Source of the DNA: the human T2T-CHM13v2.0 reference genome, Homo sapiens
DNA length: 64,000 nt
Assembly: GCF_009914755.1 (NCBI RefSeq)
Contig: NC_060936.1
Strand: one strand, 5' to 3'
In this document: in pieces, positions 34,735 through 61,895 of the stretch
Layout of the letters: the number at the start of each line of letters is the position of its first letter
Position numbering within the stretch: the first letter of the stretch is position 1
Made by a program: the position numbers and the translations under genes
The notes under the pieces: generated by a model
The model's database searches: none
What the model saw: only the letters and a program-made list of their open reading frames with translations
What the model was told of the DNA's origin: nothing

Positions 34735-37025
34735 TGGAATGGTTTGGTTCTGTGTCCCCACCCAAATCTCATCTTGAATTGTACTCCCATAATTACCACG
34801 TGTTGTGGGAGGGACCCAGTGGGAGATAATTTGAATCATAGGGGTGGTTTCCCCCATACTGTTCTTGTGGTAGTGAATAAGTCTCATGAGATCTGATGGT
34901 TTTACCAGGGGTTTCTGCTTTTGCATCTTCCTTATTTTCTCTTGCCACCACGGTGTAAGCAGTGACTTTCACCTTTTGCCGTGATTCTGAGGCCTCCCCA
35001 GCCATGTGGAACTCTAAGTCCAGTTAAACCTCTTTTTCTTCCCAGTCTCAGGTATGTGTTTATCAGTAGTGTGAAAACAGACTAATACAGTAAATTGGTA
35101 CCAGGAGAGGGATGCTGCTGAAAAGATACCCCAAAATGTGGAAGTGACTTTGGAACTGGGTAACAGGCAGAGGTTGGAACAGTTTGGAAGGCTCAGAAGA
35201 AGACAGGAAAATGTGGGAAAATTTGGAACCTTCTAGAGAGTTGTTGAATGGCTTTGACAAAAATACTGATAATGATAGGGACAATGAAATTCAGGCTGAG
35301 GTGGTCTCAGATGGAGATGAGGAACTTGTTGGGAACTGGAGTAAAGGTGACTCTTACTATGTTTTACCAAAGAGACTAGTGGCATTTTGCCCCTGCCCTA
35401 GAGATCTGTGGAACTATGAACTTCAGGGAGATAATTTAGTGTATCTGGTGGAATAAAGGAATAAACTTCTAAGCAGCGAAGCATTAGAGGTGACTTGGGT
35501 GTTGTTAAAGGCATTCAGTTTTAAAAAGGAAACAGCATAAAAGTTTGGAAAATTTGCAGCCTGACTTTGCAATAGAAAAGAAAATCCCATTTTCTGTGGA
35601 GAAATTCAAGCCAGCTGCAGATATTTGCATTATTAACAAGGAGCTGAATGTTAATCACCAAGACAACGGGGAAAATGTCTCCAGGGCTTGTCAGAGACCT
35701 GTGTGGCAGCCTCTCCCATCACAGGCCCAGAGGTCTACGAGGAAAAAATGGTTTTGTGGGCAGGGCCCAAAGTCCCCATTCTGTGCGCTATCTAGGGACT
35801 TGGTGCCCTGTGTCCCAGCTATTCCAGTGATGGCTGAAAAGAGCCAACATAGAGCTTGGGCTGTGGCTTCAGAGGGTGCAAGCCCCAAGCCTTGGCAGTT
35901 TCCATGTGGTGTTGAGCCTACAGGTGCACAGAAGTCATGAATTGAGGTTTGGGAACCTGCACCTAGATTTCAGAAGATGTATGGAAATGTATGGATGTCC
36001 AGGCAGAAGTTTGCTGCAGGGGCAGGACTCTCATGGAGAACCTCTGCTAGGGCAGTGCAGAAGGGAAACGTGGGGTCAGAGCCCCACAGAGTCCCTACTG
36101 GGGCACTACCTAGCGGAGCTGTGAGAAGAAGGCCCCTGTCCTCTGGACCTCAGAATGGTAGATCCACTTGTAGTTTGCACCGTGAAGCTGGAAAAGCTGC
36201 AGACATTCAATGCCAGCCCATGAAAGCAGCCTGGAGGGAGGCTCTACCCTGCAAACCATAGTGGCATAGCTGCCCAAGACCATGGGAACCCACCTCTTGC
36301 ATCAGCGTGACCTGGATGTGAGACATGGAGTCAAAGGAGATTATTTTGGAGCTTTACAATTTCACTGCCCTGCTGGGGTTCAGACTGGCATGGGGCCTTT
36401 AGCCCCTTTGTTTGGGCCAATTTCTCCCATTTAGAATGGGTGTATTTACCCATACCTGTACCCCCCCCCCCCATTGCATCTAGGTAGTAACTAGCTTACT
36501 TTTGATTTTACAGGCTCATAGGTGGAAAGGACTTGCCTTGTCTCAGATGAGACTTTGGACTGTGGACTTTGGGGTAAATGCTGAAATGAGTTAAGACTTT
36601 GGGGACTGTTGGGAAGGCATGATTGGTTTTGAAATGTGAGGACATGAGATTTGGAGGGACAAGGGGTGGAATGATATTGTTTGGCTCTGAGTCCATACCC
36701 AAATCTCATCTTGAATTGTATTCTCATAATTCTCACCTGTTGTGGGAGGGACCCAGTGGGAGATGGCTGGATCATGGGAGTGGTTTCCCCCATACTGTTC
36801 TCATGGTAGTGAATAAGTCTCATGAAATCTGATAGTTTTATCAGGGGTTTCTGCTTTTGCATCTTTCTCATTTTTTCCTGCTGCTGCCATGTAAGAGGTG
36901 CTTTTCACTTCCTGCCATGATTATGAGGCCTCCCCAGCCATGCGGAACTGTAAGTCCAATTAAATCTCTTTTTCTTCCCAGTCTCAGGTTTGTCTTTATC
37001 AGCAGCATGAAAACAGACTAATACA
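34735..37025 (+). mobile_element. Full-length THE1A MaLR provirus: 5' LTR 34735-35089, internal 35090-36671, 3' LTR 36672-37025
   Basis: Two ~355-bp direct LTRs ending GACTAATACA; internal part starts GTAAATTGGTACCAG; purine tract before the 3' LTR; TSD CTCCA/CTCTA. ORFs 35184, 35545 and 35977 are decayed MaLR internal ORF pieces. Confidence 0.93.
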
Positions 37026-37527
37026 CTCTAGATTAGGGACAATAAAAATTATTATTTTAAAATTAATTCCAATATGTTGAAGATAGACTGCAGTATTTTA
37101 ATGAATTCTTATGCTAAATTGCAAAATGATTTCTCACTTCTGGCGGATTGTTTCAGTCTATGCACCCCAGGAGTCATTCTCTTTGAAGTCTATGGGAAAA
37201 GTTTCAGAAGCACTGATTCTATCTAATTCTACTTCTTTCTCCTTCTTTCTTCTTGTTTTGGTAGCCAGGAACTTCAAAACATTACATAATAGACATTCAG
37301 TAATAATCTTATTAATTTATTCATTTATTTAAGCACTCTATGACTTCTGATTTAATTTTCACTTTTTTGTCTATATTTGGTTTCTGTTTTTTTCCTTATC
37401 TTTATCCAATATGCTTTTTGTGAGTTTATTGTCTGCTGCTTTATAGTCTTTTGAGGTACTATATCAATCTATTATTTATATCTGTATGCATGTACCTATC
37501 TATTGCATTGATTATTTTGTTTATTGC

Positions 37528-37828
37528 TTTTTTTTTTTTTTTCCTTTTTCAAGGCAGAGTTTCACTCTGTCACCCAGGCTGGAGTGCAGTGGTGCGATCT
37601 TGGCTCACTGCAACCCTGCCTCCCAAGTTCAAGCAATTCTCCTGCCTCAGCCTCCTCAGTAGGTGGGATTACAGGTGCCCGCCACTGCACCCTGCTAATT
37701 TTTGTATTTTTAGTAGAGACGAGGTTTCACCACGTTGGCCAGGCTGGTCTCGAACTCCTGACCTTGTGATTCGCCTGCCTCAGCCTCCCAAAGTGCATGG
37801 AATACAGGCGTGAGCCACCGCACCCGGC
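37528..37828 (-). mobile_element. AluS
   Basis: TSD ATTGCTTTTTTT. Confidence 0.9.
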
Positions 37829-38064
37829 TTCATTGCTTTTTTTGTAAGGTGACAATTTCCTTCAAAGACAGTGATATGATTTGTTAATTTTGTGTAACAT
37901 TTTTTGATAAGTCACTGGGAAATCAACTTAACCTAATACAAAGAAGTTAGATAATCAGCGTTAGAGACATTTGGTGTTTCTTAGACTGTGTAAAAAATTT
38001 CTTAGACTTTATTTTGCTATACTTAAAATATGTAAGACATTTTAAAATACAAGAAAAATTTTCT

Positions 38065-41047
<2,983 letters not shown>

Positions 41048-41344
41048 TTATAGGTCTCTCTATGCAAATTTATTCAGAGGCAAAAACAACCCAACATTTA
41101 TTATAGATATTTTTAGAAACATTTCTATGTAGGGACTACTTGATAGCAGGATGATGTAAAAACATTTTTGTAGAGCAAGAATATCCTATCATGTCCCCTG
41201 AGTGGCAGAAGGAATATGTCAATCCAACTCATAAAAATATTTTGCTATCTTATTACCTTCATACTGAATAAGTTATTCAACTCATTTGACTTTGGTGGAG
41301 TACAGAGACTTACTTTGGTTGGTAAATAAATAAAAAATAATGAA

Positions 41345-44830
<3,486 letters not shown>

Positions 44831-44861
44831 AAAAACATGTAAAAGAGAAGAGAATTTTTAA

Positions 44862-45322
<461 letters not shown>

Positions 45323-45413
45323 GGTATATGGCTTTTGATGAGGAGACTATGACTATCTGGCAAGTCATTTGTAGGAGAAAGGGAATCACAGGTAAATTAA
45401 ATAGTTATAGCTG

Positions 45414-45549
45414 AAATTAAATAGATGAAAGAGCATTACAACAAGGCTTATGGCATAGAAAATTAAATAGATGAAAGAGCATTACAACAAGGCTTATGGC
45501 ATAGAAAATTAAATAGATGAAAGAGCATTACAACAAGGCTTATGGCATA
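45414..45549. repeat. 46-bp perfect tandem repeat, 2.96 copies
   Basis: AAATTAAATAGATGAAAGAGCATTACAACAAGGCTTATGGCATAGA at 45414, 45460 and 45506. Confidence 0.98.
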
Positions 45550-45599
45550 TGGTGTTGTGCTTTTTAATATGAGTGGTTGACAAGTATTAAGTTCCTTCG

Positions 45600-45760
45600 G
45601 TGAAAGTACACCAGATTTAGAGTAGAAAAATCTGAGTTTGAATCTTCATTCTTGGACAAGTGACTTAAATTATTTGAGACACAAAGAATTATTATTATTT
45701 GTTGTTCTAATGTAGATATTACTGTCTCTCAAGGCTATCATGAGGGCTAAATGACATATC
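45600..45760 (+). mobile_element. MIR
   Basis: ctgagtttgaatc..., ttggacaagtgacttaa. Confidence 0.55.
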
Positions 45761-45859
45761 TGCCCCACAGAAAAGCTATATTTCCCCCAATTAAAACTGA
45801 CTCCATATATAACTCAATCCCTTGTTTTCTCACTGAGAAGTCCAAAAAGCAAGTTTTCA

Positions 45860-46236
<377 letters not shown>

Positions 46237-46299
46237 TTATTACTCATAAATATTTAAAATTATGTATATAAAATAATATAGAATAATTTATAATTATAT

Positions 46300-48520
<2,221 letters not shown>

Positions 48521-48521
48521 A

Positions 48522-48882
48522 GCTTCTACAGCAAAACACAGCAGACTTGGTGGCTTTAACAACAGAAATTTATTTCTCACAGTTCTGGAGTGTGGGAAGT
48601 CCAAGATCAAGGTGCCAGCCAATTTAGTTCCCAATGAGGGCTCCCTTCCTGGCATGGCAATTGCTATCTTCTTGCTCTGTCCTCAAGAGGTGGGGAGGAG
48701 AAGGCGAGAGACAGAGAACTCTTTAGTGTCTCTTCTTATAAAGACACTAATCCCAGGAGATCAGGGCCCCACCCTTAAAGACCCCTTTTAACCTTAATTA
48801 CATCCTTACTCCAATACAGTCACATTGGGAATTAGAGATTCAAAATATGAATTTGGAGGGGACACATACTTTCAACCCACAG
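48522..48882 (-). mobile_element. MLT1 LTR
   Basis: aacaacagaaatttatttctcacagttctggag...aagtccaagatcaaggtgcc. Confidence 0.8.
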
Positions 48883-48906
48883 CCAATATTAACTCAGAAA
48901 AACTGC

Positions 48907-49196
<290 letters not shown>

Positions 49197-49429
49197 AGGA
49201 AAAGTGTTTTTTAAAAGTGTTCTTATTCTACAGAATGTTTTTATTCCATTTTTACATGGGTCTTTAGCATCCAAGTCACTGGGGCCACTTTTTAAGCCAC
49301 CAACCTAATTTGTCCTTGCCATCTGAATTGTTTCTATAGCTCTCCTTGAATCACTTATGATTCCATTACAAGAAATGTCATTGCAAGACCAAGTACTCAT
49401 TTGCAAACGTTAAGGTCATCTTTTTTATA

Positions 49430-50020
49430 CAAAAAAATAACAGATGGCTAGGATGCGGAAAAAAGAGAACTCTTACACACTGTTGGTGGGAATGAAAATT
49501 AGAATAGCCACTATGGAAAACAGTATGGAGGTGTCTCAAAAAACTAAAAATAGAACTTCCATATGATCCAGCAATCCCACTACTGGGTATCTACCCACAA
49601 GAAAAGAAATCAATATATCAACGGGATACCTGTCCTCACATGTTTATCACAGAGCTATTCGCAATAGCAAAGATATGGAATCAACCTAAATGTCCATCAA
49701 CAGATGACTGGATTTTAAAATGTGTTATATACGCACAATAGGAAACTATTAGACCATAAAAAAGAATAAAGTCATGTCATTTGCAGCAACATGGATGGAA
49801 TTGGAAGCCATTATCTTAAGTGAAATAAGCCAGGCACAAAAAGACAAATACCACACATTCTGGCTCATATGTGGGAGCTAAAATATTTGCTCACATGGAG
49901 GTAAGAGTGAAAATATAGATAACAGAGACTGGGAAGGGTGAGCTGTGGGGAGAGGAGGGGATGAATAGAAGTGGATTAAAGGGTACAACATATAGTAAGA
50001 TAGAAGGAATAAATTTAAAG
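49430..50020 (+). mobile_element. L1MA-like 3' fragment
   Basis: ORF2 C-terminal remnant and 3' UTR. Confidence 0.82.
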
Positions 50021-50233
50021 TGAACTTTAAAAATCTTGCTGACACCAACACTCACAATTGTGAAGTCACATCCTCAGAAATTATAACTAAATCTGTGTTA
50101 GATTTTTCGTCTCCATTTTTACCAATTTTATAAGCCTTTCAGATGAACATTGATCGAGGTGGTTTCAGACAAATAACTCTTCCCCAAACAGAACTTTGTT
50201 GCAAAAAATAAAGTAATTGCAAGAGTGTGGCAG

Positions 50234-50601
50234 TGTATAAGTCTGTTTTCTCACTGCTATAAAGAACTACCTGAGACTGGGTAATTTATGAAGAAAAGAG
50301 GTTTAATTGACTCACAGTTCTGCAGGCTTAACAGGAAGCATGACTGGGAGGCCTTTGGAAACTTACAATCATGATGGGGAAGCAAGCACTTTCTTCACAG
50401 GGAGGCAGAAGACAAGTGGTGGGGGGAGATGTCACACTTTTAAACCATCAGATCTCGTGAGAACTCACTCACTATCATGAGAACAGCATGGGGGAAATCT
50501 GTCCCCATGATGCAATCACTTTCCACCAGGTCCTTCCCTGACACATGGGGATTACAGTTTGACATCAGATTTGGATGGGGACAGAGAGCCAAACTATATC
50601 A
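50234..50601 (-). mobile_element. MST-type MaLR solo LTR
   Basis: tgtataagtctgttttctcactgctataaagaactacctgagactggg...ccaaactatatca. Confidence 0.85.
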
Positions 50602-51465
50602 GTCATAATATAAATTTTTCTAAGGATTCAAAAGTAGGGAGACTCTTAAGTCTCCTATTCAAAGTCTCCTTTGAATGAAACATCTTATAAACTTCCAAAC
50701 TTCTTTTTTTTTTTTTTATTGAGAGACAATGTATTTGGGGAAATTACATTTTGAGTCCTTAAAGATCTACTAGTTGAACTCGAAGCTTGTCTCTTCTCTG
50801 GACACTGGTACTCCCCAGGGACTTGTTGAGACACCCACCCTCCCTTGCCCACTTTGGAAAACCCAGTTTGATTGTTTGTTTAGAAGGGGACCTTATGTTA
50901 CTCTTCTGAGCATCCACATGGCATCGATGCAGCAGGGAACATTTGTTGAGCCCTTATTATGTGCCAGGAACTCTGCTAAGGGCTTTTAAATCTTATCTTA
51001 CTAAATCCACTCAACAACCCAGTGGTGGTACCAACAGGTATCTTGGAAGGTCTACACAAAGTCCACCAAATCTCCATCAGGGCCTCAAAATAAACAATCT
51101 AAATAAAGAGCCAAACCAGCTCTAAACAAATCTCCTCACATCTCTTTCCAACCACACTGCTGCTCCTAAGCCCTTGCTACATAGGAATTCTGGATCTAGT
51201 ATGCAATAATTATCATCCACACAGATGAAGAAAGTGAGACTCTGAAAGGTTATGATTTGTGTAAGGGGTCACAGTGAAGAAGGGGCAGAGCTGGGGTACA
51301 AGCCCAGGCTGACTGACAATAGAGACCCTGATCTAACTAACATGCTTACTGAACAAAGTTGGTGAAGTCAGTGGACCGGGAAGGAAATTTCATTTGCTAC
51401 TCTTATGCAGGAGCATTTCTTCTCTATGGACTGTTCAGGTTTTCAAGCCCAAACTGCATCATCAT

Positions 51466-52425
<960 letters not shown>

Positions 52426-52493
52426 TACTGAGATTCTTCTATACGTCATACAGTCACACTCTCCTACTCTAGGGTCAAGAAAGAAACCATTCA

Positions 52494-52874
<381 letters not shown>

Positions 52875-53124
52875 TTAATTTTGTTAAAGACCTCCCCCCA
52901 TACTCCTGCACTAATATTATATTAATAATTGGCACCAACAGAATTTCAATGAAACATTCCATAAACTGCCAAAAGAGATGAGGTCTCAGCATATTGCCCA
53001 GGTTGGTCTCGAACTCCTGACCTCAAGCAATCCTCCAGCCTCAGCCTTCCCAACGTGCTGGGATTACAGGTGTCACCCACCACAGCGGGCCCAAACTTCT
53101 TTATTAATTTAAATGAAAATTGCC

Positions 53125-53585
53125 CATTCATTTATTCAGCCAACATTTATTGAACCCCACTGAGCATTGCGAGGAACACAGGACAGATGAGGTCCCCGCT
53201 TTCATGGATCTCATTTTCTAGAATGGAAAGACAGATCATGACCAAATAAGTAGTTAAACAAAAATGTCCTAAGTGCCCTTCAGAGAATTCAAAGTGGAAC
53301 ATGGAATCAAGATGGTGGAGGGGGTCCATGTTACATCAGGTAGGCAGGGAAGGCCTCCCTAAAGAGATGATCTCTGCATTGAGACCCGAAGAATGAGCCA
53401 GTCATGTGAGAAGCTGGGGGCAGCATGCATGTGATGAGAGAAAGAATGAGATGAGACGAGCTGGAGGGCAGGCCTTGGAGGTCAGGGCTGGAGTGTGATT
53501 TGATCCTAAGGGCCATAAGAAGGATTTTAAGAACTTTGAAGGAAGCTAACAGGGGGAATAACATGGTCTCAATACTGAGGTCAGT
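53125..53585 (-). mobile_element. L2 fragment
   Basis: cattcatttattcagccaacatttattga. Confidence 0.7.
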
Positions 53586-53718
53586 TGCCTCCCCTGCCTG
53601 GTTATTTATTTTGTGTATTTTGCTATTATGTCTTTTCCCCTCCTGCCACCCTGAGTATCAATCCACTGATACCTGCCACTACTCAGGGATGCTTACGGCT
53701 TTTCATGTTAAATGATGA

Positions 53719-54077
<359 letters not shown>

Positions 54078-54403
54078 TGGTACTTTTAATAATTGATCTA
54101 GCATCCTTTCTGCTATTAATGGGTAACAAAGTCTGCATCCTCAGCAAAGGTTTGGTTTGCTAGGAATAAATGACTTTACCATTTGTGACATCCTTCTAAG
54201 GATTTAGGTGGAGAATTGTTTCTGGGGAACCCAGATTTAGAAAGAGAACATGGAGACAATTTGTGGCTCTACTTGACCTTGGTCAAGCCCTTTACTTATG
54301 AGCTTTGGGGATGTCGCCCATAAATGAGGAAAACATGATAGGTCACCTTCAATACTTCTTGGTAGAATTAAACACACAAATATCATTAGAATATATTGCA
54401 TTC

Positions 54404-55352
<949 letters not shown>

Positions 55353-56173
55353 ACCCACATAGAACTTTGTGCTCTGTATCATAATTGCATCATATTTAAT
55401 ATATTTCATATCTTCCAAACTGTTAATGAAAATGACAACACCTCTTTTAGGTTAAATATTTACTCAAAATATTATGCCATTTAAATGAATCAAGGTTTAG
55501 GAGAATATCTACTCAAGAAGAAAATTGAGAGTGAAAACCGTCTCTCTAAATTGGAGAGCTGAAGACTGAAGAGGACAGGTGAGTTCTGCGCTGTCACATG
55601 GTGAGGTGAACTTTCTATTTCCCCTATTCAATGTGTTCTTTTTCAACTCTCATAGTCACAGTGCTGGAAGCTCTTTGATGTCCTGCCTTGCAGACTTCAT
55701 CTCTCCTCTCCCAGGGCTCTCTGCCTTTAGTAGATGTCTGTTAGCCCTACATAAATAGTTGTCTTGGCTCTGGCCAAAGCATTCAACGTTAATTAGTCCC
55801 TGTGCACTGACTGTAAACTTTTGGACATGATGCCTGATTAATTTTTACAGCTTCTTTTTACCTTCATTGACTTTTTAGATGTTGTTTGAATACAAATCTA
55901 TACATCTAATCTGCAAATCACATCAAATCAACATTATATAAACAAATTGAGGACAATTTTAGAAACAGAACACTTTGTTTTATGAGAATAGCAGAAACAA
56001 AGCTTGAGCTAAGGATGTGGGTGCTTTCTTACCCAAACCTCACCCTAGAGGATTTCCCTTAATCGCTTGTCTTGGATCCCTTGATCACCGTATCTTTTCC
56101 TTAAAAATGGAAATTGCTTCATCTTTTATTTTCTGGTTATATCCACATAATCTATATTTATAAAAAGTTCATA

Positions 56174-56572
<399 letters not shown>

Positions 56573-57331
56573 TTACACTGTTTTGTAACCGTCTTTTTGC
56601 ATGGAAAAATTTCATATGAATGTATTTCCTTGTTGACAAGCAACACTTCGTATCATCATTTTATAGCTGCATGGTGTTCATTTGTGTAGCCGTCTTATGA
56701 TGGACTCAACAGATTGAATCTCCAGTCTTTATCTGTGACATTTGCCAGTAAGGTTTTCAAATTTCATATTAACTTTTACCTCTTTCCTAGGGGGCCGGCC
56801 CTTTTAGAGTTCAAATTGCAAGTTTAGCAATAAAAATAGAAACCCAGAGCACTGACACCTGAGCTGTAACTCATGTCAGGTCACATCCTGCTGCAGAGTG
56901 CCACCACTTTTCCACTGTGAAACATCGCTTGACCAGATTCTCAAAATAGCACTCCCTCTTTTTAGCATGCCGGCGTCTGGCTTGTGTTATCTGGCTCTCT
57001 TGAGCCACCAGCAAGAGTTCTCAGCTCCTAGGCCTTGGAGTCCCTCTGCCCCTGTGCCAGACCAGACTTAGCAATCAAGGCACGACGTCGGGGAACTGCA
57101 AGCGATTGGGCCTTTGGGACAGCGAGTGGGAATGCAGACACACAGAGCCGGCCAGCTCCCTGTCTCCACCCGTGGCAAGATATCCTGGTGTCAGGCATAG
57201 GAGTATTCTGAGTTGGGGATAAAAGGTCAGGGGTAGAGGCTTATGGTGTGATCTAAACCCAGCCTAACCAGCTCCCATTTTGTACATGCCGTTATCTGTA
57301 AATTATGGAGCAGGTTTGGCAAGGTTATACA

Positions 57332-57492
57332 TTTTTCTTTTCTTTTCTTCTCTCTCTCTCTTTTTTTTTTTTTTAGAGGTGGGGGGTCTTGCTATGTTGC
57401 CCAGGCTGGTCTCAAACACCTGGGCTCAAGTGATCCTCTCGCCTCAGCCTCTGGCATACCTGGAACTACAGGTATCTGCCACCAGGCCCAGC
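57332..57492 (-). mobile_element. Alu monomer (FLAM-like)
   Basis: Antisense monomer. Confidence 0.8.
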
Positions 57493-57519
57493 AGAATTTT
57501 CAATTCTTTAATTATTACT

Positions 57520-57790
57520 AGAGGTAGTAAACCTAGTGAAAGTGCATGAGCTTCAAAATCAGACTGTCCTGGATTCAAAACTAGCTCTACCACTTATTAT
57601 TCGTGGAACCCTGCACATAAGACACTGGATACACACTTACAGAGTAAGTGTATTGAGTATATATGTTTGTGAATTTGTTTTCCCAGCTGTAAAATGGGGA
57701 TGATAATAGTACCCATTTCATAGGGTTGTTGTGAGGACAAATTGATGAATGTATAATTGGCTTACAAAAGGTACTCCGTAAATTAGAGCT
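57520..57790 (+). mobile_element. MIR
   Basis: ctgtaaaatggggatgataatagtacc..ttcatagggttgttgtgagga. Confidence 0.8.
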
Positions 57791-57989
57791 GCCAGAAGAG
57801 AAGAGATCTTAGCACTCTTCTTACTGAGTCCATTTTAGAGTCCTCATGCTGGATTTATTTGTTCAACAAATAGTTATTAAATAGGCACTGTATTAAGTAC
57901 TGAGGAGACATGTTGACTAAGACACTGTCCAGGGGTGGGATCTAGAACTATCTCATTCATTGAGTACATAGTTATTCACTGACCACCCC

Positions 57990-59230
<1,241 letters not shown>

Positions 59231-59263
59231 GAGGGATGTCTGCTGTTTGAAAACCTCCAGAAA

Positions 59264-59305
59264 GTATATGGCCATATCACCCAGAATGGGCCTGATCTTA
59301 TCTGA
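59264..59305 (+). pseudogene. 3'-truncated (tailless) 5S rRNA retropseudogene, 5S nt 1-42
   Basis: GTATATGGCCATATCACCCAGAATGGGCCTGATCTTATCTGA vs 5S GTCTACGGCCATACCACCCTGAACGCGCCCGATCTCGTCTGA, ungapped. Confidence 0.82.
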
Positions 59306-59335
59306 AATCCTCCAATGATAGAAATTCTGAATCTT

Positions 59336-59645
<310 letters not shown>

Positions 59646-60199
59646 ATTCTGAATCTCAGGTTGGCATGCTCCAGGATAGAAATCTTTTGAGGTGAAAAGT
59701 TATTATTCTGTTGGGCTAGTTATTTTTTAAAAATCGATAGAATGTTACCTGGAGGGGAAAAAGGGAGAGTCTGTTTCCTTTAGGAGAATAGAAGTGAGGA
59801 CACTCCAAGCAGTAGATTAAAAAAGGAATTTGTATTTAGGGACAGGACGTGTTACTTCTTACTCAACAGGTCCACCAAATACTGTCCACTGTCCTGGTGG
59901 GGAAGAGGAGGGCCGGTGGAGTCTGGGTCCTGGCTTCCCATTCCTTAGCCCACCACATAGGAGCCGGGTGACCACGGGCAAATTAGATAATGGCTCTGAG
60001 TCTACTTCAGTGAAAAATGGACCCCGAACTCTTCTGTAGGGCAAGTGCTCAGTGCATGTTAATTAATAATTATTCTTTTTATTCTGTTAAAAAGATTCCT
60101 TGGACACATTATTTCCTGTTTAAAAGACTCCAATAGTCAAGGCTTAGCATTGCACTGGGCATGTCAGAGACGCTTAAAAAGTGGGATGCAACATAGAAA

Positions 60200-60388
60200 A
60201 GTGCCGTGGTCAAACCTGAGCTTGCATCAGTGTCGGCTGGGGGTGAGGGGGCTGGTTAAAACCTATGGCTGGACACCCCCACCATGAGTTTCTGATTCAG
60301 CAGTCTGGTGGGGCCTGATCATTTGAATTTCAAACAAGTTTCCAGGTGCTGCTACTGCTGCCTGGGGCACCACACTTGGAGAATGACT
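60200..60388. mobile_element. MER5A
   Basis: gagtttctgattcagcagtctgg..gggcctga...aacaagtttccaggtg.tgct. Confidence 0.75.
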
Positions 60389-60389
60389 G

Positions 60390-60600
60390 ACACAGTGGTT
60401 AAGTCACCCACTCTGGTGCTAGACTAACTGAATTCAAATCCCAACTATACCTCCTCACTAGACACGTGATCTTGAGCAAGTTGCTTAATCCTTCTGGCCT
60501 CAGTTCTTTCGTCTGAAAATGGAGATAATAATACAGCCTTCCTCGTGAGGTTGTTACGAAGTTTAAATGAAGTCTCACGTTAATAAGCATTGATTGTTAT
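60390..60600 (+). mobile_element. MIR
   Basis: ttcaaatcccaact..., cttgagcaagttgcttaa. Confidence 0.75.
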
Positions 60601-60644
60601 TTGTTAATACATGCCAATTAAAATGAATTAGTAGTAGTGCTAGC

Positions 60645-60835
60645 TTATAGAATTTTCTGGAATTATGGAAATGTTCTATTCTGTGCTGTTCAATCTGGTA
60701 GCCACTAGCTACAAGTGGCTATTGAGAATTTAAAATGTCGCTGGCACCACTGAAAACCTGAATATTTAATATTTTTTAATTAATTTCAATTTAAATATCC
60801 ATATGTGGCTAGTGGCTGTCATTGGAGAGCACAGA
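60645..60835. mobile_element. MER3 (hAT-Charlie)
   Basis: atggaaatgttcta..ctgtgctg...gtagccactagc.acaagtggctattgag. Confidence 0.72.
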
Positions 60836-60944
60836 TGTCTGCTTGGAGTTCCTTCTCAATATGTGTGCAGAGCCTTCTTGTGGTAGTGCTTTGAAAAGCT
60901 GATAATGCTGGGTAAAGGCCGGCTAATGTGTGGGTCTACCACTT

Positions 60945-61250
60945 TCTTTCTTTTTTTTTTTTTTTTTTTTGAGGCGGAGTCTTGCTCTGTAGCCCTGGCT
61001 GGAGTGCAGTGGTGCGATCTCAGCTCACTGCAAATTCCGCCTCCCGGGTTCAAGCAATTCTCTACCTCAGCCTCTTGAGTAGCTGGGATTATAGGCACGC
61101 ACCACCACGTCTGGCTAATTTTCGTATTTTTAGTAGAGACAGGTTCACCCTCTTGACCAGGCTGGTCTTGAACTCCTGACTTCGTGATCCACCCGTCTCG
61201 GCCATCCAAAGTGCTGGGATTACAGACGTGAGCCACCGCGCGTCTGGCCC
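60945..61250 (-). mobile_element. AluS
   Basis: TSD TCTACCACTTTCT; inserted in a MIR. Confidence 0.9.
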
Positions 61251-61584
61251 GGATCTACCACTTTCTAACCATATGATCTTGAGCAAGTACCTCAGTTTCT
61301 TAGCAGCATAGCCTCATCTGTAAAATGGGAATAATAGCACTTGCCTGACTGACTTCTTCAAAAATGCTCTATGTATTTTAATGTGATGACTAAAGTAATA
61401 TGGTAAACCCAATACAATTGCAAGGATTTTTTTAAAGCAATATTTCACTTCTTCAGATTTTCTTTTCCGTGATCTTCTTCAAGGACGAGAACTTTATCAT
61501 TCAGCCTTCTATGTCCGTAGTGCTCATCTGCTCATCACACGGTAGGTCCTCATAAATGTTTGCTCAGTTAAAATGCAGCTTCCA

Positions 61585-61895
61585 GGTCAGGCGCAGTGGC
61601 TCACCCCTGTAATCCCAGCACTTTGGGAGGCCAAGGCAGGTGGATCACTTGAGGTCAGGAGTTCAAGACCAGCCTGGCCAACATGGTGAAACCCCCTCTC
61701 TACTAAAAATATAAAAATTAGCTGGGCATGGTGGTGGGTGCCTGTAATCCCATCTGCTCTGGAGGTTGAGGCAGGATAACCCGGATGCTTGAACCCAGGA
61801 GACGGAGGTTGCAGTTAGCCGAGATGGTGCCATTGCACTCCAGCCTGGGTGAGAGAAAAAGGCTCTGTCTCAAAAAAAAAAAAAAAAAAAAAAAA
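61585..61895 (+). mobile_element. AluS
   Basis: TSD AGCTTCCA. Confidence 0.92.

Noticed and set aside
35184-36261. Run of + strand ORFs resembling a gene
   Set aside because: Fragmented THE1 internal ORF with stops and frameshifts.
45414-45549. CRISPR-like array
   Set aside because: Head-to-tail repeats with no spacers, in mammalian DNA.
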